DNA of 33,742 nt from Phoronis australis (Eukaryota > Animalia > Phoronida). The stretch spans positions 396,282-430,023 of the forward strand of contig NMRA01000387.1 of assembly GCA_002633005.1 (NCBI GenBank), in the 5' to 3' direction. The position numbers were made by a program, and so were the translations under genes. Below are positions 22,320 to 33,742 of the stretch, piece by piece; the stretch's first letter is position 1, and every line of letters starts with the position of its first letter. Below the pieces are notes generated by a model. The model did no database searches, had not been told where the DNA came from, and saw nothing but the letters and a program-made list of their open reading frames with translations.

Positions 22320-22870
22320 CATGTAATACCTGTAATACCTGTCACGGACAGGATCATTGGGGATATGCTGGTGCATTAATTCCCTCCCCAGACCATCCCC
22401 GTGACAGCAGAAGGCGCAGAACTCCAGGGCTGACGTTGCCTGTAAGCATTTGATTAGNATTTGACTTGACAGCACTCGGGCACGGCTTTTCTTGTGACTC
22501 TTCGCAGCATGGCCATAAATAATACCAGCTGCGAGCAGTCGGCTGCCATCATTGAACTCAGCCAGTTGGGATGGAGTCTGTTCCAGGTTGCGTTTGCGGG
22601 CCAGCAGCTTAACGTCAGCCGAGTATAAGTAGAGGGGTTGGTTGGTGGTGCATGAGCCAGCGAGGTAATCTGCACGCTCATTAATCAAGACACTGGCGTG
22701 GCCAGGTACGAAAGACCAGTTCACTACATGATGAAGGTAGCGTGATCGGAAGACACCCCAGTTGGCTGGGAGGTTTCCAGAATGAACTTTCATCAACACT
22801 GCCATGGAATCGGTGGCAAAGATAATAGTGTGATTCTCCATGTCTAGGAGTGACAGCTTGGAAAATGAGC
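22320..22870 (-). mobile_element. 5'-truncated non-LTR retrotransposon fragment with RNase H domain (I/Ingi-like)
   Basis: IIFATDSMAVL...WSFVPGHASVLINERADYLA matches RNase H TDS..WVPGHxGxxGNExADxLA. A short tandem tail (ACAGGTATT)x2 lies at ~22323-22342. Confidence 0.8.
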
Positions 22871-23709
22871 ATGGCGGGCTGCCCAGATTTTTACACGCCC
22901 GGCAAATACTACTTTATAACCCCAAAATCTAAAGAGGCCTTAGAGATTGAACTTATAATTCAAAACACAAAATGGATTAGCTAATTTGCATTCTTTTGGA
23001 AAAACATCCCAGTGAATTAAAGAAACTAATGCTGGTAAATGGTGTATCATATCGGTCAGCCTGTTCAGAGCTGCTATAGGGGATCATTATCTCTTATCTG
23101 ATTTTGTATACCTTACCCTATTGTGCCTGCATTGACTTTCATAATAAAGGGCTATTGTGGAGATGTTTAAACTGTAGGCATGGGTAACAATAGGCATCCC
23201 TCTGCCTGTTACTAAAGACCAAGCTACACTACAAGGGAAAGCACTACTTTCAGCCTTTAGCTGGCCAAGCTTAGATATCTATGTCCATTTCAGTTGGCAG
23301 TGTTTTCGAAGAACTTCGGCCCAAGTATAAATATTACACTTCATTTCCCTCTGATAGCATGAAGCGCGCTTATCCCGAGTAAGAGATGATGGCTGTTGGA
23401 AGTTTAAACATTTGAAATGTTCGTTGTAAAAGGATGTTTCACGAATACCATAATCATAGCTAGGGCCAAAACAGAACAGTATTTTTAAAGTCATAAGTTT
23501 TTTACTATTCAAAGGCCACCTATTCTGATAGTGTTTTTGAATTCCAAGTTCGTACGCCACATGATGCATCGTCTGAGCAGTCTCAAAACTCCCCAGAAAT
23601 AAGTAACTGGTGTCAAATTCACGCTACTCTTGATTTAAAATACGTAGGACATTTGTGCACTGAGATAGTACAATTCTCTGATCCCATTAGAAGACTAATC
23701 AATCGCGAG

Positions 23710-23833
23710 CATGCGCGCGCCCAGCCTTGAAAATGGGGGGGGCTCGAATTTCTGTCCATGTGGACAAAAAAATCGAGAGGACTAAAAGAACGGGGTACCA
23801 CCTATCAGAACTGTGCGTATGCATCTTTTTTAG
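23710..23833 (+). repeat. Diverged dispersed repeat (partner 31981-32096)
   Basis: Shared CATGCG..CCCAGCCTTGAAA..GACAAAAA..GAGGACTAAAA..TACCACC.ATCAG. Confidence 0.6.
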
Positions 23834-24271
23834 TGGACTTCTGTCTCCTTTTCTCGGACTTTTCGTTTAGTCTGAGTGACGACAAGGTTTGTTTCTCGGC
23901 AAGTTGGGCATCAATTTTCGCCGTTCAACGACTGTATGTACCGTATTCGCCGTAATAACCGCCCATGCCCCTATATAAGCGCCCCCCACGCGTTTTCAGA
24001 CTTTGCTGAAATAAGCGCCCAGTCCATGAACGTGTACACGGGAACAATGACGTACCTACAGTCCTAAAACTCGGCTACAGTAACGTCTTCAATTTATCAA
24101 AAAAGTTTTGCACGGGTCTTCTAGACCACCAGCGGCACTGCTACGTTTGTATTTAGCCGTGACTTTACACTTCAAAGTAACGCAGCGCTTCAAAAAGAAC
24201 GCAACAGCGTTGCTACTCTCTCGCGACGACCGTGTCCCACTCTATGGTCTGACCTTTCGGTAGACACATCG

Positions 24272-24865
24272 ACTGTCTCATGAATAAAAATAACTCGGTG
24301 TTAAACGCACGTGGCCAGGAAGCGCGCGCGCTACATACATGAACCTGTCATCAAAGACCTTAGTCGGGAATTTTCCATTCATGAAACGGGTAGCATAGCA
24401 TCGATAAGAAATGAATATTGGCACTAATTTCCGACAATTTCTAATACTATAAAACATGTTTGCGTTATTTTTGAGATGTATTGTTTGATTAACCATAATT
24501 GGTGTTTTTAAGCCGAACATCCGATAAAGTGACAACTGACAGTGAATGCTTACACACCCTTACACCGAAAAATAACTGTCAGATAGTTACGTACGCATCC
24601 AGCTACACGGCGACTAATATGGGCCTTACCGAGACAAATGTCGAAAGTTTTTAGCACGAGACCGGCGAGTGCTGAATGAAACACGCTCTGGTTTAGGCCT
24701 ACTGCCTGTGCAAATTTCTTTAGACACATCTAGCTAGTTAGAGTGCGTGCCTCTGGCCAAAAGACGGTCTCTGCTTTGGCAAATGAACTCTGGTGACACG
24801 CACGCGCTCGCTTATTCGCAGACGAACTTCAAAACAAACGTCACGTGACAACATGTTTGTTCGTC
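24272..24865 (+). repeat. ~590-bp dispersed repeat, copy 1 (partner 32913-33512), high identity
   Basis: Near-identical throughout, e.g. GAATAAAAATAACTCGGTGTTAAACGCACGTGGCC and GGCACTAATTTCCGACAATTTCTAATACTATAAAACATG. Confidence 0.95.
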
Positions 24866-24986
24866 CAGACATTTTTCTCGCCGTGTTGCCGATCATACAT
24901 GTAGATGCACAGATTTGTATTTAAACCTGCAGTTAATCCAGACTCCACGGGAACTTAAAAAATCTTAGAGATGTTACTTATAAAAC

Positions 24987-25285
24987 TTAATGAGGATTTT
25001 AGGTAATTTGCTTGAGTCAAAACCATTTTTATTCAAGCATTGAAATCGCCATATCGAAGACGGCGATTTCGAGGCAGTCGAGTCGGCGAGTTTTCGCCCT
25101 GGAATTTCAGCACAATTTTCTGTAAAATGGTCGTAATTTAGCTGCAAAGTTTGATAGCAATGCAACACAGTTTTGTTGAAAGTCTTTCATAGATTACATA
25201 TACGTCACAGAGCGTAAATTTTATGAATCTTAGCTTCCGATTTCACCCGTTTCGGAGACCGGGTTTCAACCGCCTTGGGTTACAA
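24987..25285 (+). repeat. Dispersed repeat starting at TTAA (partner 28217-28478), probable transposon end
   Basis: TTAATGAGGATTTTAGGTAATTTG..GTTTTCGCC..GATTTCACCCGTT..CGGAGACCGGGTTTCAACC. Confidence 0.8.
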
Positions 25286-26241
25286 TATCTGAAACTTCTA
25301 TTCTGGTGTCTGCTCAAGGCCTAGTTAATGCTTACGTAATACTGCACAAGCGATTTGTGTGGTTGGCTGGCTCACTATAGGGCTATTGTTAGGACGGCTT
25401 TGTCATGAGCGACAGCGGGCAACTGGGATAGTGAAGCGGTCGCTCGCTGAGAGGGCTGACCCTCATGTATTTCAAAACATCAGGAAATGCACTACTTCAA
25501 GCACAACTTGGTGGTAAAATCTGACTAGTACACAGATTCAAATATTCAAAAGTATAGTTTCGGACTGAATGAGTTGCAAAGCTTGCCACTTTGCAAACAG
25601 ACTTGAGCTATTTTGGACGATGCGACAAAGTTTACAAGATACCTGGCACATATTCAAACCCATAGAACCTCGGTTGCATGACCATTTCCTGATGTCTCAG
25701 CTTAGCTAAACCAGGTCCCAAGATAGGACAGTTGTCATGATAATGTGTTTAATTGTATCAATTAAGAATGATATAAATCCTTTTAAAACAGGGTGTTATC
25801 AAGATAGCAAATGTGGCCCTAATTGGAGTGCAAACATTATTAAGGAAAATCTCACCAATTTTGAACAAAAATTATTGTTAAAAATAGACATTTTTCAATT
25901 TTCAAAAGCTTTTCATCCTACAGCAAATGCAACAATTTCTTGAAACATTGTATGGCAGTGACTATGATAAAGGCATTTAATTGGTACAACTCATCTTTTT
26001 TGAAAAAAATGAAGAAGTTAAATTTCACGAGTCCCCCCCCCGATGAGCCTCCAATACTGAGGGCCATTCCGGATTATACAGTGACACTCGAATCTCACCC
26101 TATTTACCCACATTTTGCCATAAACATCCATCTGGCATATTTGCTGCCTCGTTTTGCATGCCACTGACTACTTTCACATGTTATTTGTTGTCTGTTTCTT
26201 TACAAGTTTTTCTCGGTTGCATTATGCTATTCATACTTCCA

Positions 26242-26375
26242 ATGCCAACTAAGTAATGCTGTTGTATTGTAGGCTGCAACTCCGACGTGGAAAAGTTTAC
26301 AAACTAGAAAAATACCCATGGATATGTGAATCTGAAATTCTTTGCCTTCCCCACATCAATGCGAGACAGGACAAT
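26242..26375 (+). pseudogene. Degenerate THAP-like N-terminus (transposon remnant)
   Basis: MPTK*CCCIVGCNSD..LKFFAFP fits the THAP M..CxxxGC..FxFP pattern, with in-frame stops. Confidence 0.4.
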
Positions 26376-27779
26376 GTACCGGATTTCCAAAACTAGGTCA
26401 CGCGCTCTTTTATCTCCATGACAAAGGACAGTTCTATCGCTGGGACCGCCCTATTAACTGGCTATATGTTCAGTTCTAGACTCTGAAAGTCGCAAAACAA
26501 ACCCTACTGTAAGGTGCTTCAAACAATGGTGCTACAAGCGTATCAATGTCACTTTGTTTCCTGTTTCCGTTGAAAATATAATAATTGTTACACTCTGATT
26601 AAACGAAAACTCACGTCAAATTAGCCATGTGATCAATTAAGTCCAGGGCTCGATGTGGCAGCCTATAGGTTGCTGATGCAACCTCAGATTTTGATTAGCA
26701 CTGATTGCCAAGGTCAGTTGCCACGCACGCATCAGAGCATGAACTCAAAATACACCAGAACTAAACAGAGAGAAGCTAGAATTGTTCGACAAAAATTGAA
26801 AAAGCCCATTCACAAGTTACCTGCTTCAGGTAAGCCAGTGTGCATGTGATAATGAGCCACGAGAGCGAAATTGAACATCAGCGAACATACAAGACACTAA
26901 ACATGAATTTTCCGTTCAAGCAAAAAAAGCAATCCAGAGAATACCAAGTGCACTGGCCAACATTTGCTGAATTATGCATTTTTTCATTTCAGTTATAACC
27001 TTGCTTATTTCATTTTTGGCTCTTGTCAATCAGGTTTGGCAACCTCAGTTACCGATTAGATGACCTGGGGATTTTTCCAGATTAGATTTGGCAAGTTGAC
27101 GTTATGCTTAAGTGTCGAACCTTGAAGTCACAAGAAGCCATTATAACCAACCAAACAGAACAGCTGTAGAAGTCAGTTCCCATGCAATGTAAGCACTGTG
27201 GATGTCATCCAGACTTGAGATCGAATTATACTTAACAGCTTCAGACCAACCATCTGAATTATTTACCAGCATTGTATCATGCAAAAGTCTATCTTACTTA
27301 ACCCCTGCCATTCACATCAGTAGGAAAATCTATTTCTAAAAAAAAACACCAGTCAAGAACAGTGCACAACTTTTCACTTCCAAATAACAAAAAAGATCTA
27401 TTTTGACACAACCGTGACAAAAATGTAATCAAAATCTGTGCCTTATTGCACAATATACACAATGTTATGAACAGATCTGCACTAATTAATGCTGAGCTTT
27501 CTTCTGGTGATCCCCAAAGCAGATCTATTGATTCTACTTCTCCACTGAGTAATTAATATCTCATTAGACCATAGCCATCACTTTGGTGATAATGAGGGAA
27601 ACTCTATACGCCTCTATGGAAGTAATCTGCTAAATACCAAGAGCCACTGGCTGACCACAACAGATAACCTTGACCCAGCTTAAGTATGGAGTGAACATCT
27701 ACAGTTTTAATATCGCCATGGGGGTTCATCTCTGCTATTACGACTTGGATTATATGTATTATTTTAGAAATAGTTTTTC

Positions 27780-28216
27780 AATTCCTTACCCCACAAAATG
27801 TGGGTGCAGCCATTAAAACAAACATTCTAAGTGACCCTTGAGCAGAAATACTGAGCAAAAGGTATTTTAAGGGCACCATTTGTGAAATTTCAAGATGGCC
27901 GCCAGTAAAATTAAAATTTCCAATTCATTGACCTCAGAACTACAGGTGTAGCCATAAAAACTAATATTCTCAGTGACCCAAGGGCGGATTTATTGGAGAA
28001 AATCCATTTTACCCGCACCATTTTTGAAAATCCAAGATGGCCATCAAGATGGCCACCGAAAAAATGGAATCAATTATTTTCTGACTCTTAATTCCATGAG
28101 GTTTCCAAAAATGTATAATTTCTTCTTTCCCAAAAAATTGCAACGAATGTCAAAATTTGGACATAGCGAACCTGACTATGATACAAAATAGGTTGTTTTT
28201 TGGGTGGCATTCTCCC
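27780..28216. mobile_element. Right end of a TTAA (Kolobok-like) non-autonomous element
   Basis: Repeated CAAGATGGCC motifs; the terminus TGGGTGGCATTCTCCC|TTAA is the inverted match (13/16) of the 4413 Kolobok terminus. Confidence 0.5.
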
Positions 28217-28478
28217 TTAAGGAGGAATTCAGGTAATTTGTTTACTCAAGAATTCAAGTTGCCCTATCGACGATTGCGAGGCAGTGACGCATCAGTCAGC
28301 AAGTTTTCGCCATGGGATTTCAGCACATTTTGTTAAAAAAAGATCGTAATTTAACAACATAGTTTGATAGAAATGCACCACAGTTTTAGAAAGTCTGTTA
28401 TAGGTTACAGATACTTTGCAGCTCGTAATTGATTTCACCCGTTGTCGGAGACCAGGTTTCAACCACCTTAGGCTACAA
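28217..28478 (+). repeat. Dispersed repeat starting at TTAA (partner 24987-25285)
   Basis: TTAAGGAGGAATTCAGGTAATTTG..GATTTCACCCGTTGTCGGAGACCAGGTTTCAACC. Confidence 0.8.
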
Positions 28479-31400
28479 CAAGCGCCCCTCCTTTCGAAAT
28501 TAATTTTTCTAAGCACCCTGGGCGAATATGGTAGCCCTAATAGATGGTGACATCAACGCAAGAAACGATAATTTTTATTGATACTGGCAGCAAGTTTGTG
28601 GTGACAGACGCAAACTGCCGGCCAATGAGTTTTGGGCTGGGCGAGTAGATTTTCTGGGTCACTCGCCCAGCTGGCTAGCAGGGTTTTTAAACCTAGGTAT
28701 ATCCCTGTAATGTCAGTACACTACTAAGAAAATTTTGTGGTAGGTACCTAAGGGGGGAGATTTCCACTCTGAAACATTAGTGGAAAAACAAAGGTGCCTC
28801 TATGTAGGTAATTGCGCAACAGTGAGGTCGGACATTGCTTCCATCTTGAGACCTAACACTGCACTCTAAGTGTTGCGGGGCATCAGTTACCTAGGTACAT
28901 TAGTTAGCCTTGACATTACAATTATTGTGTGGCCCCAGTAAAAATAGCGTCCATACTGTCCATACTACGGTACTCCTAAAATCTAGCAACAAGTCATTTC
29001 AGTAATAACTTCTTCTAGAGTAACTCAGCTGTGTTCATACCTATGTAAATGGGGCTGTACTCTTTCAGTAGTTGTAACTGTCATGTCCTTACATCCACAC
29101 AGACAATTAAAACTGTAGTAGCTTTAGTTTGTGGTCTTAGTCGCTAGTCTTCAGTTCTATCACTATACGATTCATGTTAGATAGTGCAGCCTCGGTGCAC
29201 CATTGTTTAAAAGATTTGACAGCAGCGCCACCTACTGAATAATAACTTTTCCAACTGCCATGTTCCACCGAGTTACAACAGTAATAACCTCTCCCTAGAC
29301 CACCATCCCAGAAAATTATAACCGCGCTACAGCAACAATTTTTAAAACCGGCTTTTAAGTGTTTAAACGGAGAGTAGTATAACCTTTTAACTCTGTTTTA
29401 AAAGTTGTTGAGGATAGGGTAATAAGGTGGACATTAAGGTATTAAGTCAATAATATACAGTTAAGTGCAGCAATACACAAACAGGCACTGACAGGAATTA
29501 TTTGAAAGAAAGATTCAGGGGAATTTATTGCAGAAAAAAGCAACAAAAGGTTTGACCAGACCTTCCACTAAATGCACTCTACCTATTATACTTTCATTTC
29601 TACTACACCAGTGAGGGCAATGCCAAACATTCAAAACAAATTGCGAGCACCAGACCAAATCTGACAGTTTGTTTAATGTAATTACAAAAAACATAACATA
29701 CAAGAATTGGAGTTCAACCCAGAATGTACCAGAAAGCATATTATATTTGGTCACACTAACAGTTCATGTATTGACCTTAGTCTTTTACATATTTAGTACA
29801 AAAAGCAGGTGTTTACTTTCATATTATTCGGGACTTCAAATATTTTGAATATACGCATGTCAGAGTCCATTTAAGAGATGGCAGGCTTTCTATAATGCAT
29901 GTACTAGGTAATTATCCACCCACCTATCCATTACATCTGAAGGTTTGAAGACCAAACATTTGGCAAATTGGTAACTGCTAAGTGTTACCAAATCAGACAA
30001 CCATGTCTAAGACTTTTGTTTCATGGGAGCTGCACAGATAATTTTCCAGTCTAGACCACTCATCTCTTGAAAAACGTCATGTCTATAAGGACTTGAGTTT
30101 AGTTTCAATGCCTTAAACTTAAACTTCGTAACTCTATAACAAGGCCACCTTAATCAGGAAAAAAGCTGGGTATTATTTTCTCCCTACGATAGCAACATCG
30201 GTTTCCGTAATTAAAATGATTCGACAGATCCCCTGCCATTGGTAAGAATTAGAGCCCCAAAATTGGGAGAGTTAGCAAACCCAGTCAGAAATGATGACCT
30301 TTGGACACTTGTTATTATTACTGGCTGACCCACTGAATAATCTGTTTGGTGAAATAAAAATCATTCTTTTACCAAAGGTTCAAAAGAAATGTCGGGTGCA
30401 CGAGCTACATGGTTTCAGGTGGTGTCCACCCTTAAGTTTCATTGCTGTGGTCCCGCCCTCACACCTGTTCGACAGGTTACAGGTAGGATGATAAAGTATT
30501 CAATATTTTCAACTAAACATTGTTGGGGGCGGGATCATGTTTGATGTAAACAGATAGCCGTGTGATCATGAAAAAAATTGTTTGTCAGATTACAAATAAA
30601 ATATTTTCAGCCATGCTTAAACTTTGCAGTTGGTTGTCGTGTGAGGGGAGACAATCTTGATTTTGATTTACACCTAATTATTATAATTAGGAGAAAATCA
30701 AAACTAATTGTAATAATTATTGTTAATAATAATAAATAGAATCCATTGCTGTGCAAGGGAGGCTGAGAGGAAATACTTTAAAAAGAATTCTTGAAATGAA
30801 CACAGACAACTTTTCAGACACTTGCTTATATACCAGTAGACATTGAGAAGTAACACAGCTGAGGTCACGGTCAAGGTAACAGGTCACTCATGCATCCTGG
30901 CTGATACAACTCATGGCTAGACCTTGATGCCACTGTTTATGAATACAACACGATCAGTCATAAATTATGTAGAAGTATGGCACACCCTGAAATCTCAGAC
31001 AACATGATACAATTACATTAGCATGCATTGGACACAAATATTTTTAACACAATTGACACTTTCTGCAAAAAGGCTGCCGCAATCTAGAGTTCTGAAATGT
31101 TTGTTTTTAATATATAATACAATTGTTGATATTTCATAAATGCTTATCATCCTTCATTTATAAAAACCAAGTGTATAAGAGAATTGTGTTCCTTGCTAAA
31201 CTTGTTTTTATATAATTTCAGAATACTTTCAAAAATGGTTCTTGAGAATACAAGTATGACACCGGACAAGGCTAGTAAACTTCAACTAACAATGCGAAAG
31301 TCAATGTAATATAATATATAAAAAATTTTCATTCATGAATGTACGACTCAATTTGAAAAAAACATCCGCAGAGTGACACAGTTTACCATTTGGCTAAACA

Positions 31401-31763
31401 CTGTTTTACCCATGTACCAACACTGGGAATATTCAAAACACAAAATTGAGAGTTAAAAGGCCCTTTCATATTGAGAGAAGCGTCCACGTAAACAGCGCAG
31501 TTAACTGGACCAATCATACTGGCTTTGGTAGTTAAAGACCATTGAAGTAAAGGGTTGGTGACGCTGACGTCATTGAAGTTATCGCAAGGTAGCACTGCAC
31601 GCTAAGATTTTTTTCAATGTGACAATTTGGGAACATTTAAATGTGCTAAATGACATTAAACTCATTTTTAAATAGATTGGTTACAAAAAATAAGTAGTTA
31701 TTAGTGACGGCACTACTTTGTAACTGTTGACGATAACAGTGGCACCTGGCGATAACTTCGATT

Positions 31764-31895
31764 GGACCGGAGTTAAGCGTTCATACTGCACCGCAGCGTC
31801 AACGCTGTGGTCTTAAATCCACCTGTTAACTGCGATGTTAACTGGAGCTGATTACTGCGATCCAGGACTGGAGTTAAGCGTTCATACTGACCGCA
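31764..31895 (+). repeat. Short direct repeat, ~31-bp unit at 101-bp spacing
   Basis: GGACYGGAGTTAAGCGTTCATACTG(C)ACCGCA at 31764 and 31865. Confidence 0.85.
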
Positions 31896-31980
31896 ACTCC
31901 CCAAACCATCGACGCGTCAACGCTAGTCAGGGCTTGGAATGACAAATGACAAAAAACGCGGAAACTTTTACGGCCCAAAT

Positions 31981-32096
31981 CATGCGTGCTACCCAGCCTT
32001 GAAATGGTCGATATGAACCTTTCCCCGACAAAAACGGGAGGACTAAAAAAAAAAAAATGTTACCACCATCAGTACCATGCGTCAGCATTATTTTAG
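31981..32096 (+). repeat. Diverged dispersed repeat (partner 23710-23833)
   Basis: Same ordered blocks as 23710-23833. Confidence 0.6.
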
Positions 32097-32202
32097 CTCG
32101 TCCGTCCACTCCCAACCCACATTTTTTGGCTGCAGAGTCGTAGTATTTGTCGCCGCGGTTTACAATAACACAAGACGCCATTGAAAATCCCACCACGCTA
32201 TC

Positions 32203-32904
32203 CGCAAAAGGTACCCGCTCATCCAAAACCTTTACGGCAAACAGATGGCGCTGGATGCAATGATGCTTTACTAACAGGCAGCGCTGCTTACAGTCATGTG
32301 ACATTCTTGTGTGAACTGAATCTTGTGTTGATAGAACATTATTACAGACGTTTCTACTTGGTGAACCATCAGCTGCCGTGTCGTGCCACAGCCAGTCCGG
32401 TCTGCTGGGCTCAGTGTTGTTGGCTAATGAGACACTGAACGAAAAAGAAAATATCGCAGAGAATAAAACCTAACATGTATATCACCATGTATAATTCAAG
32501 CATAATTTAAAAAATATATTGGTGAAGTTGCCAAAATCTCGCCGGGCGGAAAAGTGGCCGGGCCCGGTTTAGTAGCCTCACCATGGTCACGTTCATTGAA
32601 TATATATTTTACCCCAGCGTTTAGGCCGAGCAACCACAACAGCGTATATTATTAACACTTTCATCTTATTTATATGTTATAAATAGTTTTTCCACACAAA
32701 TTCGCCACTCATCAGGACATACACTGTCTGGTTCATGAACTCTCGTGACCTGTGGTTACAGTCAGCAGCAGCAGAATGTAGGTCAAGGTTCTTGGTTAGG
32801 ATTCTCTGGCAGACAGTCTTACTTGAGCGATAAAATGACACGTGATTGATAAAAAGCGCCATCTGTTAGCCGTAAAGGTTTTGGATGAGCGGGTACCTTT
32901 TGCC
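32203..32904. mobile_element. ~700-bp MITE with ~50-bp TIRs and a putative 3-bp TSD (ATC)
   Basis: GCAAAAGGTACCCGCTCATCCAAAACCTTTACGGCAAACAGATGGCGCT (32204-32252) and its inverse at 32855-32903 differ by one mismatch; ATC at 32200-32202 and 32905-32907. Confidence 0.85.
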
Positions 32905-32912
32905 ATCAACTC

Positions 32913-33512
32913 ACTGTCTTACGAATAAAAATAACTCGGTGTTAAACGCACGTGGCCGGGAAGCGCGCGCTACATATATGAACCTGTCATCAAAGACATT
33001 ACTTGGGAACTATCCATTAACGAAAGGGGTAGCATAGCATCGGTAAGAAATGAATATTGGCACTAATTTCCGACAATTTCTAATACTATAAAACATGTTT
33101 GCGTTATTTTTGAGATGGATTGTTTGATTAACCATAATTGTTGCTTTTAAGCCGAATATCCGATAAAATGACAACTGACAGTGAATGCTTACACACCATT
33201 ACACCGAAAAATAACTGTCAGATACTTACGTACGCATCCACCTACACGGCGACTAATATGGGCCTTACCGAGACAAATGTCGAAAGTTTTTAGCACGAGA
33301 TCGGCAAGTACTGAATGAAACACGCTCTGGTTTAGGCCTACTGCTTGTGCAAATTTCTTTAGACACATGTAACAGTAGCTAGTAAGATTGCGTGGCTCGG
33401 GCCAAAAGACGGTCTCTGCTTTGGCAAATGAACTCTGGTGACACGCACGCGCTCGCTTACTCGCAGACGAACTTCAAAACAAAGTCACGTGACGACAACA
33501 TGTGTGTTCGTT
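32913..33512 (+). repeat. ~590-bp dispersed repeat, copy 2 (partner 24272-24865)
   Basis: Near-identical to 24272-24865 with a few small indels. Confidence 0.95.
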
Positions 33513-33742
33513 CAGCAAAGACGCAAACGCGACCCAGTGGCAAAATAACCTTTTTTACTCTCGCGACATCAAGCGACCAGATAGCGGTTTGATGACATGC
33601 GTGTTAAAAGAATGACCCGAGTTTTCACAAGTGGAGGAGTATTTCATATAGGAAGTAAACACTTGCGGAGGTCGGTTTTCAAATTACACTGCATTTATAT
33701 TCTTTGATAATTTTGTAAAGGTGCAAACAAAAATACTCCAAG

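Noticed and set aside
22215-22841. Host RNase H gene
   Set aside because: It lacks the N-terminal catalytic Asp motif, has a degenerate GNE motif and a tandem-repeat tail, consistent with a 5'-truncated LINE. It also contains an ambiguous base at 22458.
4413-28216. A 23.8-kb giant Kolobok bounded by matching inverted termini, both flanked by TTAA, carrying the PPPDE-like genes as cargo
   Set aside because: The + strand gene continues in phase across the left terminus (exon 3283-3398 to exon 7064-7291), so the enclosed DNA is host sequence. The termini match only 13/16 and TTAA is a fixed target, so two independent related elements are more parsimonious.
29515-29754. Third PPPDE-like paralogue (ORF contains KYN.. 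and CPHWC, ~8 kb from copy 2)
   Set aside because: It lacks the NNC and SHR motifs, the KYN-to-CPHWC spacing is about twice that of the real copies, and DNA similarity is limited to ~15 bp. Probably chance, though a dot-plot would settle it.
31764-31895. CRISPR-like repeat-spacer unit
   Set aside because: Only two repeats with a ~70-bp spacer, eukaryotic context and no cas genes.

Overview
AT-rich, intron-containing eukaryotic DNA, most likely from a marine invertebrate judging by its repeat families. It is densely populated with decayed transposons. Two host-gene systems can be rebuilt from splice signals and reading phases. (1) On the + strand, the 3' part of a gene for a Trp/Cys-rich, probably extracellular domain I cannot name (exons ~1302-1370, 3283-3398, 7064-7291). 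It ends in a truncated EGF-like exon (7641-7720), with a possible alternative Pro-rich last exon (8466-8641). (2) On the - strand, two tandem paralogues (~79% aa identity; terminal exons 13380-13770 and 21558-21927) of a small, cationic, Cys-rich PPPDE/DeSI-like permuted papain-fold protein with intact catalytic His and NC motifs. Copy 1 splices in phase to a signal-peptide-like exon (15812-15897). This suggests a secreted, disulfide-bonded offshoot of a normally intracellular deSUMOylase/deubiquitinase family, and it is the most interesting item in the window. Mobile elements include the 5' end of a Gypsy-type LTR element, a full-length dead DD37D (maT) Tc1/mariner, an internally deleted Kolobok (THAP plus KolX/P2X7-ballast-like), TTAA MITEs, LINE fragments, a tRNA-derived SINE head and several dispersed repeats. 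All calls come from reading motifs by eye; no database searches were run.
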